Assembly (NCBI GenBank): GCA_964016885.1
Contig: OZ024755.1
Coordinates: 20,336,001 to 20,400,000 of the forward strand
Direction of reading: 5' to 3'
Length of the DNA stretch: 64,000 nucleotides
Source: Eledone cirrhosa
Lineage: Eukaryota
Position 1 is the stretch's first letter. Every line of letters begins with the position of its first letter. Both the position numbers and the translations under genes were made by a program. The notes beneath the pieces are model-generated. The model worked only from the letters and a program-made list of their open reading frames with translations, searched no databases and was not told where the DNA came from. This document shows, one piece after another, positions 13,450 to 27,141 of the stretch.

Positions 13450-13951
13450 TATATTAACATCAGTATTGGGTGAAAATAATTCTCCTCAGAAATCTTAAAG
13501 ACAAATCAAGATGTATTGTTTTTAAAGTTAGTAACTAAACACATATGGTATTTTTGTAGTATAGATAATGCTTGATGAAATCTAAAGTCCCTGCTGCCAT
13601 GTAGACTAAGACCAACTGTAGGCAACAAGGGGTTTAGTCAAATATATTAGCCCCAATACTTAATTCTTGTGAGGACAGAAAGTTAAAAAAAACAACAGAA
13701 AGACAAAACTGTGCATGTGTGTGTGATGTGTGTGTGTGATGTGTGTGTGTGAACATGCGTGAATGCATGCGTGTGTAAAGTCTGCAGTACTTAGACCAGG
13801 TAGACCACAAATCAAGGGAATACTCTATGCATGGGAAGGATCAGAGTAGGTATAGAGGAAGGTAAAACCCGAATGTGACGCCAAGCGTTTTTACCGTTCT
13901 GTGTGTATGTGTGTGTAATTCAAAATCCTTCAGTCAACAGATAATTCTAAT

Positions 13952-14110
13952 AATTGTTTCTACTTTTGGCACAAGGCCAGTAGATTACTGGTACTTTATT
14001 TTATCGACCCCATAAGGATGAAAGGCAAAGTTTACCTCGGCAGGATTTGAACTCAGAATGGCAAGGGCCATAACTCTATACGTCAAAGCATGGCGTCCGA
14101 CCCTCTACCG
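13952..14110 (-). mobile_element. SINE family 1 copy
   Basis: Reverse complement of the consensus; ttctaat(a/c)att flanks both sides. Confidence 0.85.
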
Positions 14111-14492
14111 TTCTAATCATTTTATGAAATCTGTGTGGTTTGAATTAATGAATATTTTTTAATTATTCAATTATTTTATCTTTGGTAAATTTCTTCAGTA
14201 TCTGCTTGCAAATGGCTATTTAAGGCCCCACATACTATAAACAATATATTTTCCTATTAGCATTAATTTACAATTAAATACAATTTTCAAATGAAAATGT
14301 TGCATCATAAACGAAAATATTCAAATAAGAATGAAAGCTTAGCTCTTTGAACCCACTGAATATGCAAATGGTATTATGTAACTATTTTCTTAGGATTTTG
14401 TCAGGGAAATAGAATCAAACGCCCATGCAACTTTACTAAAGTAAAGTAAAGGTGTAGATGGAACAGGGGGTGGTGTTCAGGACAGACATGTC

Positions 14493-14703
14493 TCAATACT
14501 TTCTACCTCATAGAATTGCAATTCTTCTCTGAATTCTCTTTCATCTTCTCATTACCTTCAATATATATGAGCTTATCATAATTAAAGAAATTAACTTTAC
14601 TAAGGTATACCAAAGAGAGCTTGAAATGACAAAAATAGTTTTAGTGCTCTTATCGCCAAGAACTATAATACAAAATATAGAATTATAAAATATAGAATAC
14701 AGA
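14493..14703. repeat. ~212-bp dispersed duplication, copy 2
   Basis: See 12175-12388. Confidence 0.9.
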
Positions 14704-14718
14704 GTTGACATCAATGAT

Positions 14719-15032
14719 CACACACACACACACACACACACACACGGCTCCAAGCTCACGCTAAGAGTATTGCAATCGTTTGTCAGATTCAGATGTGAGA
14801 CACTCGGATATGGCTTTTGAAGCCTGTTAGAGACTTGTACTCCTTCGCACATTGACAACAATTATGGATCTCCCTGGCCTCAGGTCTTGCATCAGGTTGC
14901 CTGTAAACCTTCACAATACCGTGGAAATCATAGTTCACTGGTTCTCTCTGAACATGGCTGCGACTGTGGATTCTGAGACCAGGTTTGCTCAAACAAATCT
15001 TTCGACACTCAGGGCACACCAATTCAATGGAG
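14719..15032 (-). mobile_element. 3' end of an RTE-like element with two C2H2 zinc fingers and a (TG)n tail
   Basis: CPECRKICLSKPGLRIHSRSH and CCQCAKEYKSLTGFKSHIRVSH; the second finger resembles that of the 605-bp element; microsatellites on both sides. Confidence 0.65.
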
Positions 15033-15199
15033 ATATATATATATATATATATATATTAAAGAGTTAAACAAGATTCAATGAGTACATCAAAGAATGAGTT
15101 TTACAGTAGATTGGAAGCACTCTACAAAAAATAATTTTCCAGAGTTGTTAATATTAAAATACAAATATTAATAAAATAGATGTTCTTTTGATCAATTAA

Positions 15200-15252
15200 A
15201 TTTTATTATACATATTTCAGAGGTACAACAGTACGTCCTCATCGGACAAAAT
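15200..15252 (-). ncRNA. Minimal hammerhead ribozyme-like motif (U4C variant)
   Basis: Minus strand: AUUUUGU-CCGAUGA-GGACGUAC UGUU GUACCUCU-GAAA-UAUGUA-UA-AUAAAAU; stem I 7 bp, stem II paired. Confidence 0.55.
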
Positions 15253-15691
15253 ATAATGATACATGACATACCCTGGGATGTTAAATGGTTAAGATTTAAT
15301 CAAGGTAGTGATTAACCTAAGAGAAAACTCAACATTTATACCCTAATAATGAGAAAATGCGAAAACGTAATAAATTCAATAGAGAATGTGTGAGTAAGAA
15401 AAACGTTGGTTAATGTGACAGCTATAGAGATTTTAAAATGTAGGATACTACAAGTTATGGTTATCTATGAAAATATCTCATGAATTATAACAGTCCAAGC
15501 TGGCCGCTGAAAGATGATTTAAAGAGAGGGAAAGATAAAGGGGAGTAATATATGCAGAAAGAGATTTTTTTTCCCCAAAAGCTAAACGGTTAAGTTTCAA
15601 AATATTTAATTTATGTTATTTTAAGGGTGAAGGTTCAAGATTTTAGGTTTTTTTTTAAGTTGCTGGTTATTTATATTTGCGAACCATAAAT

Positions 15692-15983
15692 GCTCATTCT
15701 CGAACTTCAAGAGGAAATCATCCACTTCTTTATCACAGCATTAAAAGAGAGGAATTTAAAATTCTTTGGACAAAACTTCGCAATTGTGGAGTTTACCGCA
15801 ACTCTAGTATATCAAATAACTGCGCACTCTGTACAATGGAGACCCTGTTGATTATTAATAACTATGAGACCCTAATTAACAAAAAAAAGTGAATTATTCT
15901 CTAGTTGCCTTCATAAAGTTACGTCTACATTCTTAGCCTCCCACAAAACCAGAAAAAAAGAGAAAGAAACACTAAACCATTAA
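15692..15983 (+). pseudogene. Penelope-like element GIY-YIG endonuclease C-terminal fragment
   Basis: FKILWT..YRN..NCALCTMETLLII..LINKK, then via a frameshift in the A-run SELFSSCLHK; matches the PLE CxLCxxE...LNK.xE..S.CxH tail; AT-rich putative 3'UTR follows. Confidence 0.7.
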
Positions 15984-16806
15984 AAACTTGGTTTTCAGAC
16001 GTAATTAACCAACAGGGAAAAACAGTAATGGCCTTTAATATTGCATTATCTTATAACTATCTATAGAAGAAATAACGCTCGAATGAATGACACTTGTTCA
16101 ACAACACGCTGACACGTTGATATACATAACATAATATAATTAACTTTGATCCATACCATTATTTCTCTATCTTTATTTTCCTATCTAAGTTTTAAATTTT
16201 AGTTTAAATATCCAACCTGTTTATTTTTACGGAACTCATTTTTAACTGTGAATCATTCATGTGTTTACATTTTTTTATTTATAATATGTATGTAATTATC
16301 TTTTGTAAGTTTTTAAATATACCTACCTTATTTTTCTATCCATGATTCAAATATAGAGCAAATATCCAACCTATAAATTATTACGGACCCTATTTTGAAT
16401 TCTGAATTATCCATGCATTTATTATTATTATTTTTCTTATATATATGTATGTATTTAACTGTAAAACGTTGGAATCTATTATATAAGATTATAATCGTTA
16501 TCATTTACCTAAAGTATACTGTATCACTAATACTTAATATATATCTATATATACCTCTCTATATCTCACTATACCTAATTTTTAGATAACTTTTAAATTT
16601 TTAGATTATTATTTATTTCAAACTGAATAATTCATGCATTTACACCCTTTTATATATATGTATCTATTTACCTTTAGCATGTTCGAATCTATTATTTTAT
16701 ATTCGTTATCATTTACCTAAAATATACTGGCTCATTAATATATCTCTATATACCTAATCGTTATTTAAATATTTCTAACAATAAATACTTCATAAGCTTT
16801 ACATAC

Positions 16807-16930
16807 CTACTTTTGGCACAAGGCCAGCAATTACCCAGTGTATAACTGGTTCTTTATTTTATCGACCCCGTAAGGATGAAAGGCAAAGTTAACCTCGGCG
16901 GGATTTGAACTCAGATCATAAAGGGACGTA
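16807..16930 (-). mobile_element. SINE family 1, 5'-truncated
   Basis: Reverse complement of the consensus. Confidence 0.85.
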
Positions 16931-17104
16931 ATACATATATAATATGATGATTTCATACAAATGAAACAGTTCTAGTCCTGTAGATATCATTCCTATATAA
17001 AATAAAGATACCTTTACTCCTCTAATGTATTGAGTTCCTATTTTAATTGTAGTCATCTCCCGATACCTATTGGGAACCAATCATAATTGTATACACACAC
17101 ACAC

Positions 17105-17146
<42 letters not shown>

Positions 17147-18000
17147 TACACACACACCTAAGTCCACAAAGACCACCACCATAACTATTACAATGGTATA
17201 TGCATGGAGAATGCTCCGTGATATGCAGAATAATCCCAGGCTGCAAGTGTACTTTAATAAGTCCCTTCACAATCAGAAATGAAAATCTTTGAATTAAAAG
17301 TATATATGTATATGTATTTGCCTATACGTGTGACTATTTGCATATACATGTGTGCGTTTTGTGTTACCCTGTAATTCTTCTCACCTCATTTCTTTCAAAT
17401 ATGGTGTCAATCCTTTTATTTTCTTCTCAGTTTAAATATGTCTTCCTCCTCCTAGAATCATTTGCCTTGTAAACTCTCTCTATTCCATTGCTTTTCCTTC
17501 TATCTCTCACAAATTCTTATTTATTTATCATTCAACACTAGATGACATTTCTTCTCTCTCTGATGAAGAATTCTATTCTAAAAGATTGACTTCTTTTATT
17601 CTTCGCAGCATAAAATTTATTCAGCAGTTTGAATCAATAATGTTATTCAAGTTATTTAGTTCACAGTTTTCTGAAAGTGCATTTATAACAATCGTATTTG
17701 TTTTTGATCTGCTTTAAGGTTGCTCTGTTCTATTATATGTTTACATCAACAAATCAGCATTGAGAGTTATATCTAAAGAAAATGAAATGTCGAAGTGGCA
17801 CATCTGTGTTCCAGCCAGTTATCCTAGATAGTTTACAATAATATAATAACCTTGGGATTCAGTGATAGAGATCCAAGTTTCGTTGCTCAACAAGTTGAAT
17901 ATCGCAACCTGTTGAAATATCGTCCATGTAATGATAGTTGGTTTGTCATGGCACCTAAAGCAATGGAGGCTTCTGGCATTGCACCTTACTACTCCCTCAT

Positions 18001-18292
18001 ATGGGCGATAAATTAGCAGAATCGTTAAAACATCAAATAGTGGGCTTCGTGGTATTTGTTCCGGCTCTTTGCTCTCTGCTCTCAATGCCACCGAGATCAA
18101 CTTTGCCTTTCACCCATTCGAGGTCTATTCTTCCTCTATATCTCTTTCTCACTCTCTATCCTTCTTTGGAAGATATATGCTGCACTCAGGCCTGGAGAAG
18201 GGATGGGCTCCACCAGGTTTAAAAGTGCCCAGAAAACGCTGTATGTCAATATTACACCGCTACCACTTCCTTGGGAGTTAAAGGCCCATACA
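18001..18292 (+). mobile_element. SINE with family-1-like head and a different 3' tail
   Basis: Head tagcagaatcgtta...caactttgcctttca; tail gggatgggctcc...gtatgtcaata...ccataca shared with 61675-61967. Confidence 0.7.
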
Positions 18293-18777
18293 ATATTCGC
18301 TGCTATCAGAATGGTATTGGCTACCAACAAGAGTGACCTCAAGATGATATATTTAAAGGAGAGATTGTCGAGAAAATTTACCTCATTATATCACTTGTGT
18401 ATATGTTATGTAGCCGGGAGAGTTTACATTCAAATTAGATATGAACTCAGAATGTAGAGGGAAATAAATAACTATATCTATAGCTAGAATATTTTATCTG
18501 GTGCTCTACTGCAACTACGATACTGTTAATGCATAATGTTTAGTAAGCATTAAATCTTAATCATGTTCCTAGGTTCAGAAACAAACAATAATTACTTTAC
18601 ATTATTGTTTGAAAGAGAACAAATACTTTCCATCCTATAGCTAGTGATGCGACAGCTATAAGATGTTAAGTGTGTTAATCATAACAAGTGAACCTTATAG
18701 CGGAGATGTTAGAAAATAACATCGAATAAACATCAGTTGTTGCTTGAAAGGTGCGTGTACACGCATACTTAAGCAAT

Positions 18778-18971
18778 AATATATATATATACATATATAC
18801 ACACACACATATATACACACACACACGCATATATACACACACACACGCATATATACACACACACACGCATATATACACACATACACGCATATATACACAT
18901 ATACACACAAACACACGTATATATACACACGCGCACGCACACATACACACGCATATACACACACACACACA

Positions 18972-19032
<61 letters not shown>
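18778..19032. repeat. CA/TA/CG compound microsatellite
   Basis: Directly visible. Confidence 0.9.
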
Positions 19033-19034
<2 letters not shown>

Positions 19035-20064
19035 GGGCGACACATGTTTTAGAGTTTGTACATGTGTTTAAACATACATCAATTTGTGTATATATTATGT
19101 GTGTTTCTGTTACTGCAGCGTGATGCCTAAGCAAAGAATAAAATAGAGAGAATATGAAAAAGGGAAATACGAGAGCTTCACCTGACTGATTCCAAATTAG
19201 CAAAAATAATGATGAATAGCAAGCAATTACTCCGATCAAAGAATCAGTAAGACTACTTTAATAAATTAATGGTTTCCAATCCCTTCGGGATTTTCAGATC
19301 GTTGCAAATGTTACGAAACTGCTATTTATGCTACCTTTTCATCATTTATCGAAGCTGGTTGCTTTGTTATATTATATATAGAAGCACAGAGTATACGGTC
19401 TGTGAGCTAACTTTTGCTATTAACATAACTGTCATCCCGTATAATTTTTCACTTTCTACGAAAGTGTCGTTAACGCAGTTTTTAGGATGTAGGCCTTAAT
19501 TGGATTTCTTTCCCTGTCTTAAGTGGACTGTCAACAACAATGATAACAAAGTGTGGAGTTGTATTAATGCTGTTACGCTCACAATGATTGCTCTTCACAT
19601 AGGATTTTCTACTCATGACGTAAACGCTAAACCTTCCCACATACGTTTTCATAGTATTTTCACGAGTTTCTACTCTCCTTATATTATTCCAATCACGATA
19701 TACAAAAGAAAATAATATAAATTTCTAACATAGCTACAAACTTTAGATCGAATCCAGTGCATTACTAGGACATTTTATCAATTGTATGGCGACAAACTGA
19801 ATCTTAATACCCAACTGGTTAAAGTTACCCTTTTTCATTTGCATCCCAAATAATAGACTTATTCTTCGGGACTAGAAACTATTTCAGTTCTGATCAATTG
19901 CTGAACAGCTGCAGAGCTCATGTAAGACACACAAAGGAGTATTGCCCAAAGAGCTGCTCAGCCAAAAGAACTCATCTTAGACTTCATCTATAAGAAGTTT
20001 ATCTATTTATACTCTGTACAATAATTCAGAATGTGTATTTAATTAGAAGGGTCTCTACAACAAC

Positions 20065-20110
20065 TACAACGGTACGCGATGGGGCCCACCCACAACCTCG
20101 GTGGACAGAA
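20065..20110 (-). mobile_element. Tiny 3' remnant of the CRE-like element at 52034-52660
   Basis: tacgcgatggggcccacccacaacctcggtggacagaa versus tacgcgatggggcccacccacagccccggcggagagaa at 52076. Confidence 0.75.
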
Positions 20111-20287
20111 GAAGCTTATCTGATATTCACTGTGAACATCAACCAAATTCAATTCACCGATTTTAGTGGAAGGTTGTAAATTCCATGGATATTGGACTGT
20201 CTCTAGACTGAGACATTTAAAAAATAATACCTATGATACAGACCCTACTGAAACATAGATTTACATTGAAAAATCATTATTAACCTA

Positions 20288-20701
20288 GGTGATGGATTTT
20301 CAGAATCGGTGGAGCGTCGGACAACATGCTTTGAGGCATAGAATTACGGCCTTTTACATTCTGAGTTCAAATCCCGACGAGGCTAGTTTTGCCTTTCATC
20401 CTTACAAGGTCGATAAAATAAAGAACCAGTAATGCACTAGGATCGATTTAATTGACTTTCCTCTCCCCCCAAAATTGTTGGCCTTGCGCCTAAATCAAAC
20501 ACCATTATTAATATCAGCGGTGGATTGGCAGTATCGGGAGAGGGTCGGACGCCATGCTTTGACGCATAGAGTTACGGCCTTTATCATTCTGAGTTCAAAT
20601 CCCGCCGAGGTTAACTTTGCCTTTCATCCTTACGGGGTCGATAAAATAAAGTACCAGTTATGTACTGTGTGATTGCTGGCCTTGTGCCAAAAGTAGAAAC
20701 A
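20288..20701 (+). mobile_element. Two tandem SINE family 1 copies (long-tail and short-tail subfamilies)
   Basis: The second copy has TSD attattaatatcagc at 20504-20518 and 20702-20716. Confidence 0.9.
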
Positions 20702-20872
20702 ATTATTAATATCAGCAATCTTGTCGTCCAATATCAGATATATCCCACCACATTAGCATCAAATCGCAATTTTCTTAGAAGTTCAAAACTTAACTGAAAT
20801 TAATATTTCCAACTTAACACAGCTGTATATGTTTTGGTAAATTCGTTTTGTATCAATATATATTTAAATAAT

Positions 20873-21368
20873 TGTTTATACGTTTGGCACAAGGGCAGCA
20901 ATTATCCCAGTACATTACTGGTACTTTATTTTATCGACCCCGTAAGGATGAAAGGCAAAGTTAACCTCGGCGGGATTTTTGATTTAGGCACAAGGCCAAC
21001 AATTTTGAGGGTAGGGGAAAGTGGATTAAATCGAATCCAGTGCATTACTGGTACTTTAATTTATCGACCACGTAAGGATGAAAGGCAAAGCTGACCTCGG
21101 TAAGATTTGAACTCAGCCACAACTACGCCACAAAATAATGTCAGACACTAACGATACTGCTAATCCACCTCCATCAATCTATATTTAAATAATGATTTTT
21201 TATATAGGCACGGGATCAGCAATTTTGGGGTAGGCGAAAGTCGATTAAATCGACCCCAGTGCGTGACTGGTACTTCATTGTATCGACCCCATAAGGATGT
21301 TTTGAACTCAGATCATAAAGGGCCGTCATGGCGTCCGACCCTCAACCGATACTGCCAATCCACCGCCC
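20873..21368 (-). mobile_element. Three SINE family 1 copies in tandem
   Basis: tatatttaaataat target sequence repeated at 20859, 21180 and 21369. Confidence 0.85.
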
Positions 21369-21847
21369 TATATTTAAATAATAAACATTTATTTGTACGT
21401 ATTATGAAAGAAAGAAAAGAAACGTTAAATTTTCAACCCTAAATTTCATTAGAAAAATCAATCAGTACTCGTTGACATTTACTATATAATATATTATCGA
21501 ATTAATATAGATTTACTTAAAATAATGTGTGAAAAATAATTGAAAAATTTATTTCAACGATATAATCGTAAAAAATATTAGCACGTGAAAATGTTTAGCA
21601 TCTTTCATTTCCGTGGGTTTAATTAATCAAAATTGATTTGTTTTTTTTTTTCTTGTTTTATTTTGTATATTGTGACATTCTTCTATTATTTGGATTTCAC
21701 AGGGAAATATATTTTCAAGAAAAATTGAAACTAATTTCAGATAACAGAGATTAAATGAAAACTTTATCAAAATATAATCCGTCAGAAAATATGTTACTAT
21801 AGTTAATCTTAGTGTGAACATTAATCTGAATACGAACATAAGCATTA

Positions 21848-21965
21848 TATGGCGTGGCTCAGTGGTTAGCGAATCGGATTTGGAATTCTGAGGGTGCGAA
21901 TTCGATTCCCTGACAGGGCGATGCGTTATGTTCTTTAGCAAGACACTTTATTTCACATTGCTCTT
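21848..21965 (+). mobile_element. tRNA-derived CORE-like SINE (family 2), 5' part
   Basis: ggcgtggctcagtggttag A-box, ttcgattccc B-box, tgttctttagcaagacacttta CORE-like motif. Confidence 0.7.
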
Positions 21966-22456
21966 TCTGGCAGGAGTTGTGATCGGGTAGATAACATCAG
22001 CAATGGAAAGAAAAATGGAAGCATCGTTTCCTTGCTCCGATTTGACAAGATCCACCCCACTAGGTAAACGAATCGGGTATGGGATCTTTAAAATGTTAAT
22101 ATGATTTGAAGGAGATTTACTTATTTATTTGCTTATTTAATCAATTTAAACGCCCGTATAGACCTAGTAAGCCATGGCAGTCTAGCCGGAGCATCTAGTA
22201 CTTCTTACAGTTGAGAAGCCAAAACAACGTTATAGTGAGATAAGTGCTATGAAAGGAAAGTTCTCGCTATAGATGATCCACACAACCACAAGGATATAGT
22301 CTCAATGTGAAAGAGCCGAACTCCCACTGTCAACGCCTCCATCTCTCTCGCCCTCCCCATCTCTCTCATATGGTGAGCAAATGGGATCTTGTCGATTGAT
22401 TAAAATAAAATATGATGCGCAAGAAATAAAAGCGGACGCTAAGTCATTCATTCCAG

Positions 22457-22558
22457 CTGATATTATAGGCACAAGGCCAGCAATTATCCCAGTGTATTAC
22501 TGATAAAATAAAGTACCAGTAATACACTGGATAATTGCTGGCCTTGTGCCTATATCAG
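22457..22558. repeat. Fold-back inverted repeat of a SINE 3' end
   Basis: tataggcacaaggccagcaattatcccagtgtattactg ... cagtaatacactggataattgctggccttgtgcctata. Confidence 0.9.
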
Positions 22559-22875
22559 AAACCATTATTTTATGGATAAATTAAACAGAAATAATGAGAT
22601 ATGAATATTCATGTAGTTTTCTTTGCAAAATAAGTCATCTGAGTGATATATTAAATTTGTTCTATGGGTAATAGTTACGATTTATATAGTTTTACGTACT
22701 CCCAATTTGAAATAAATGTGCTAAGCAAAGACATTTGGGTAATTTTCCAGAATCTTCGATTTGAATGTCTTCCAAAGAAAAGTGTATTACATTTCTAGCT
22801 CATCAACGACAAGATAATTCCGCAAGTTACCAGTACACGTCCTATTCTGCTCACTACCTGATCTATTCTTGGATA

Positions 22876-22976
22876 TGCAGGGTGACCACAAAACATTCCT
22901 TGATTTCTAATTCTTATATCAAAACTTAAATGAATATTCTTGCAATATCAAGGAGTGCTTTGGTAGTCACCTCGTA
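22876..22976. mobile_element. ~100-bp mariner-type MITE
   Basis: Imperfect TIRs cagggtgaccacaaaacattccttgat / atcaaggagtgctttggtagtcacctcgta. Confidence 0.6.
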
Positions 22977-23447
22977 TTACAAAGCACGATTACACACCAA
23001 GACCCAGTAATCAAGGTCTACAATTATTTTACAACAATAAATCACTATCAAATGTAATGAAGAAAGACATTTATAAAATCTGATAGAGATTTTGTAAATT
23101 AGAACAACGAAAATATTCCGAGGCTATAATGCCGACAGTTGGTAACAAGTTTCCCATTGAAAGTAGACACCTAAAACGTATTTCAAATTATTTATATTTT
23201 TACACAGCTTGATTCTGTTAAAGTGAAAGCGCATGAAGCAGTGGTTAGAATGCTGGGCTTAAAATCTTAAGGTCTGCGCTGAGGAAAACACTATTTTACG
23301 TTGTTTCCATCCTCTAGGCTGGCAAACGTGGATTGTACCTGTACTTCAAGAGGCCAGACTTGCCATTTATGTTGTACAAAAGGACGTAATGTAGACAAAA
23401 CCAACATTTTTACGCTAAAGTAATTCACTAATCAACAAAGCTCTGTT

Positions 23448-23647
23448 CAATAATTGTTTCTAATTTTTGCACAAAGCCAGCAATTAACCCAGTGCATTAC
23501 TGGTACTTTATTTTATCGACCCCGTAAGGATGGAAGGCAAAGTTAACCTCGGTGGGATTTGAACTTTGCCTTTCAATAATTGTTTCTATTTTTGGCACAA
23601 GACCAACAATTATCCCAGTGTATTACTGGTACTTTGCCTTTCAATAA
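23448..23647 (-). mobile_element. Two truncated SINE family 1 pieces in tandem
   Basis: Each piece ends ...actttgcctttcaataat; ttcaataat occurs three times. Confidence 0.8.
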
Positions 23648-25070
23648 TGATCACAAAATAGCAGTGGTGTGTGGAAAATAAAAGGAATCTGACGTTTCCT
23701 TTCCCCCTCAAAACCCAACCAAAATATTAAACTTCCTTTTCTCTTCACTACATAGAAACGTGTTGCCTTTTGTTAATTGTCTTAAGATTTTACAAAGCCC
23801 GTTAATAAAAGCCGATGACAAACAGTAAAAAATTGGCGTCGATTCAGGAAATTTAGTTTAGTGTACATAACCGTCTATCGGGATCATGGAATTTGAAAAG
23901 GAGAGCAATATTAGAATTTTTTATATCTATTAATACCAAATCTAAGGAGAGATAAAAATGTCATTTACATCTTTGTATATAATGAAACTTTATATATTAC
24001 TCTATATCTTTAATACAGTTCTTTAATACTGTCTGTCTTAAAGATAAAACTTACTTTCACACATTTATATTGTTCGAAATCAATATATTTACATGCTTAA
24101 GTAATTCCACAACGTTCAGATGTTCAGAGAGATAACCATACGTGATGAGATATATAGAAAGAATTACACACACACACACACAATATACACACACAGATAC
24201 GCACACACACATATATATATATACATACATACATACACACACACATATATATATATATGTGTGTAAGCGTGTGTGTGTGTATTTGAAATACAATCAGACA
24301 TCTGTTGCTTTCCCACATATCTCTGTAAAATCCTTGCGCCCTGTCGTCTGCAAACAATCTACATTCAAGGTCATCGTCATGTAAAAATGAACGACGTCTC
24401 TTCTTAGTTTCACTACAGTATTTTACACAATCTGAATTCACTTCTCATTAGCTATTCTGTATTCGTTTTTCAATGGAATGAGTTCTTCCTGCAAATATTT
24501 TTTTATAAAATTAAACACCCATAATTCATTTTCAGTATCTGTCTTTAATAACCCATATTTTCAATTATTTAGTAGCGAAAGAAAATTGTTTAATAAGCTA
24601 TCAGACTAATGATTATTAACAACACGAGGTTGATCAGCAACATCATTCATCACAATTTAGTATATTAGAAGTAATTATTTTCTCAACTCCCTGTTTGATA
24701 TGTCGCAATCATTGAAAAATAAAGAAATAGAAATATATAAATATAATATATTTATTAATTTCGGAACGCCAAACGATTAAATGGCGGAGTCTTTAAACAC
24801 AGACTTAATGTCTATGTCTAACACTTTTGTAATGTTTTCTTTGTAAAGTAAATATTCTTAGAAATTAATACGAAGTAAGTGTTACTTTCTAATATTTCTC
24901 ATGGATAGCAAGAGTAAAATCTCTTCTTTTTTATGTACTAGTGTAAGTGAGAAACTGGCTTAATGCTATCTCTCGCACTCACTTCCAATCATATTCAAAT
25001 ATTATTATAGAAATTGTCACCCACATATCTAGCTAATTAAATGAGAATAACATTGCAAAACTAACTGCAG

Positions 25071-25629
<559 letters not shown>

Positions 25630-25910
25630 CGTTGGAGAAGAAAATGATGGAGCATGCTAAATGGAGGTGTCAGACGATCAGAAATGAAATTGTGGAAGAT
25701 GATAGAAATCGATATTAATATATTCTCTGTCACACATGGTATGATTGATAATTACACTAACAACTAAATACTTCCTATTTAAAGTTTTATACTAAAAAAA
25801 AAAATAAAAAAAAACTGCCGAACACCACGTACATTTGCTGTTTGAATAATTGTTTCTATTACAAACCATTTGTTGACTGACTCTTCTTCAGTGTTGGTGT
25901 TGAATTAGAT

Positions 25911-26483
25911 AAGAGGCTCTCAAACTGAGTGCTACTGCCTCTCCGGGGGCATTGAGAAGGGTCCAGGGGGTGCTGAAGCCTAAGAGGGCGGTGTGTGTGG
26001 GGGAGGGCGGTGTGTATGGGGGGAGGGCGTAGAGATGATATAATAGTGTATTAACCCTTTAACATTTACATTACTCTACATATACTATCGTATTTTTGTG
26101 GTAAAAGCTTTATCTTACATAATTATCTCACATAGTATCGAATCAATGAGATTTTAATGTTATTTATTTTGACACCAATGCCTTAACATCAGTATGAGCA
26201 GCCGATTATGCCCAGTTTGAACTGAAAGAGGTGAGAGAATTCTGGCCGGATACAGCCTGTTTAAATGCTAAAGGGTTAAATATCAAATGATACATATATA
26301 TATATATATGGTAAAAGAAAATATATAATATTTATTTATACATAATATATATTATATTTATTTTTTTATTTACAATTTGCGTGTAAGCAGGTCTCTCTGG
26401 AAATAGGGTTGGAGGCGCTGAGAGTATTATGTGGCCCAGAGGAGGACGGTGACCCAAAGAGTCAAAGAGTTTGAGAACCTCTG
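25911..26483. mobile_element. hAT-type MITE interrupted by a piggyBac MITE
   Basis: TIRs aagaggctctcaaac / gtttgagaacctctg resemble CAGRGGTTCTCAAAC; no clear 8-bp TSD. Confidence 0.55.
26051..26279. mobile_element. piggyBac-type MITE
   Basis: TTAA TSD, TIRs ccctttaacattta / taaatgctaaaggg; homolog at 1616-1837. Confidence 0.85.
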
Positions 26484-26764
26484 ATAAAAAAATATTTCAT
26501 CCGGTATCATTCCAGCCCCGTAAGGTTTTGTAGAACTACAATATATCACCTGACCATTCATAGTCTAAAGCGGTAAAATAGCTGATATTTATATCATGAA
26601 AATTATTTGATAGCATTTTCTTCGTCGGATACAAATAAGCGATTCCTTAGAACGAAGAATGGTCTGTTAAGTTCTTTACTGGCATAGCAAGATGTAATTT
26701 CTCAACTGAGGTTGGAAAACTTTGTGTAAGAATAGAAATGAACTTACAAGAGCAATGTACAATA

Positions 26765-27096
26765 ATAATTGTTTCTACTTTAGGCACAAGGCCAGCAATT
26801 ACTCAGTGCATTACTGGTACTTTATTTTATCGACCTCATCGGGATGAAAGGCAAAGTTAACCTCGGCGAGATTGGAACTCACAACGTAAAGGGACATAAC
26901 TCTATGTTGCAAAACATGGTGTCTTATGCTCGACCGATACTGCCAATTCACCGCAATGTGCAATAATAATTGTTTCTACTTTAGGCACAAGGCCAGCAAT
27001 TACCCAGTGCATTACTGGTACTTTATTTTATCGACCCCGTAAGGATGAAAGGCAAAGTCAACCTCGGCGGGATTTGAACTCAGATCGTAAAGGTGC

Positions 27097-27141
<45 letters not shown>

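Noticed and set aside
3584-14410. ~23-bp inverted match (tttcctgacgaaaatcctaggaa vs tttctaggattttgtcagggaaa) as TIRs of an 11-kb element
   Set aside because: Short, imperfect and without a TSD; more likely scraps of a dispersed repeat.
14789-15022. Host C2H2 zinc-finger gene
   Set aside because: No TGEKP linkers, microsatellites at both ends, and similarity to the finger in the repeated RTE derivative.
17553-17592. Hammerhead-like ctgatga-agaat-tct-attct-aaaa
   Set aside because: GAAA and stem I are missing; at most a heavily decayed remnant.
21848-21920. tRNA gene
   Set aside because: Acceptor stem does not close and it continues into a SINE core; treated as a SINE head.
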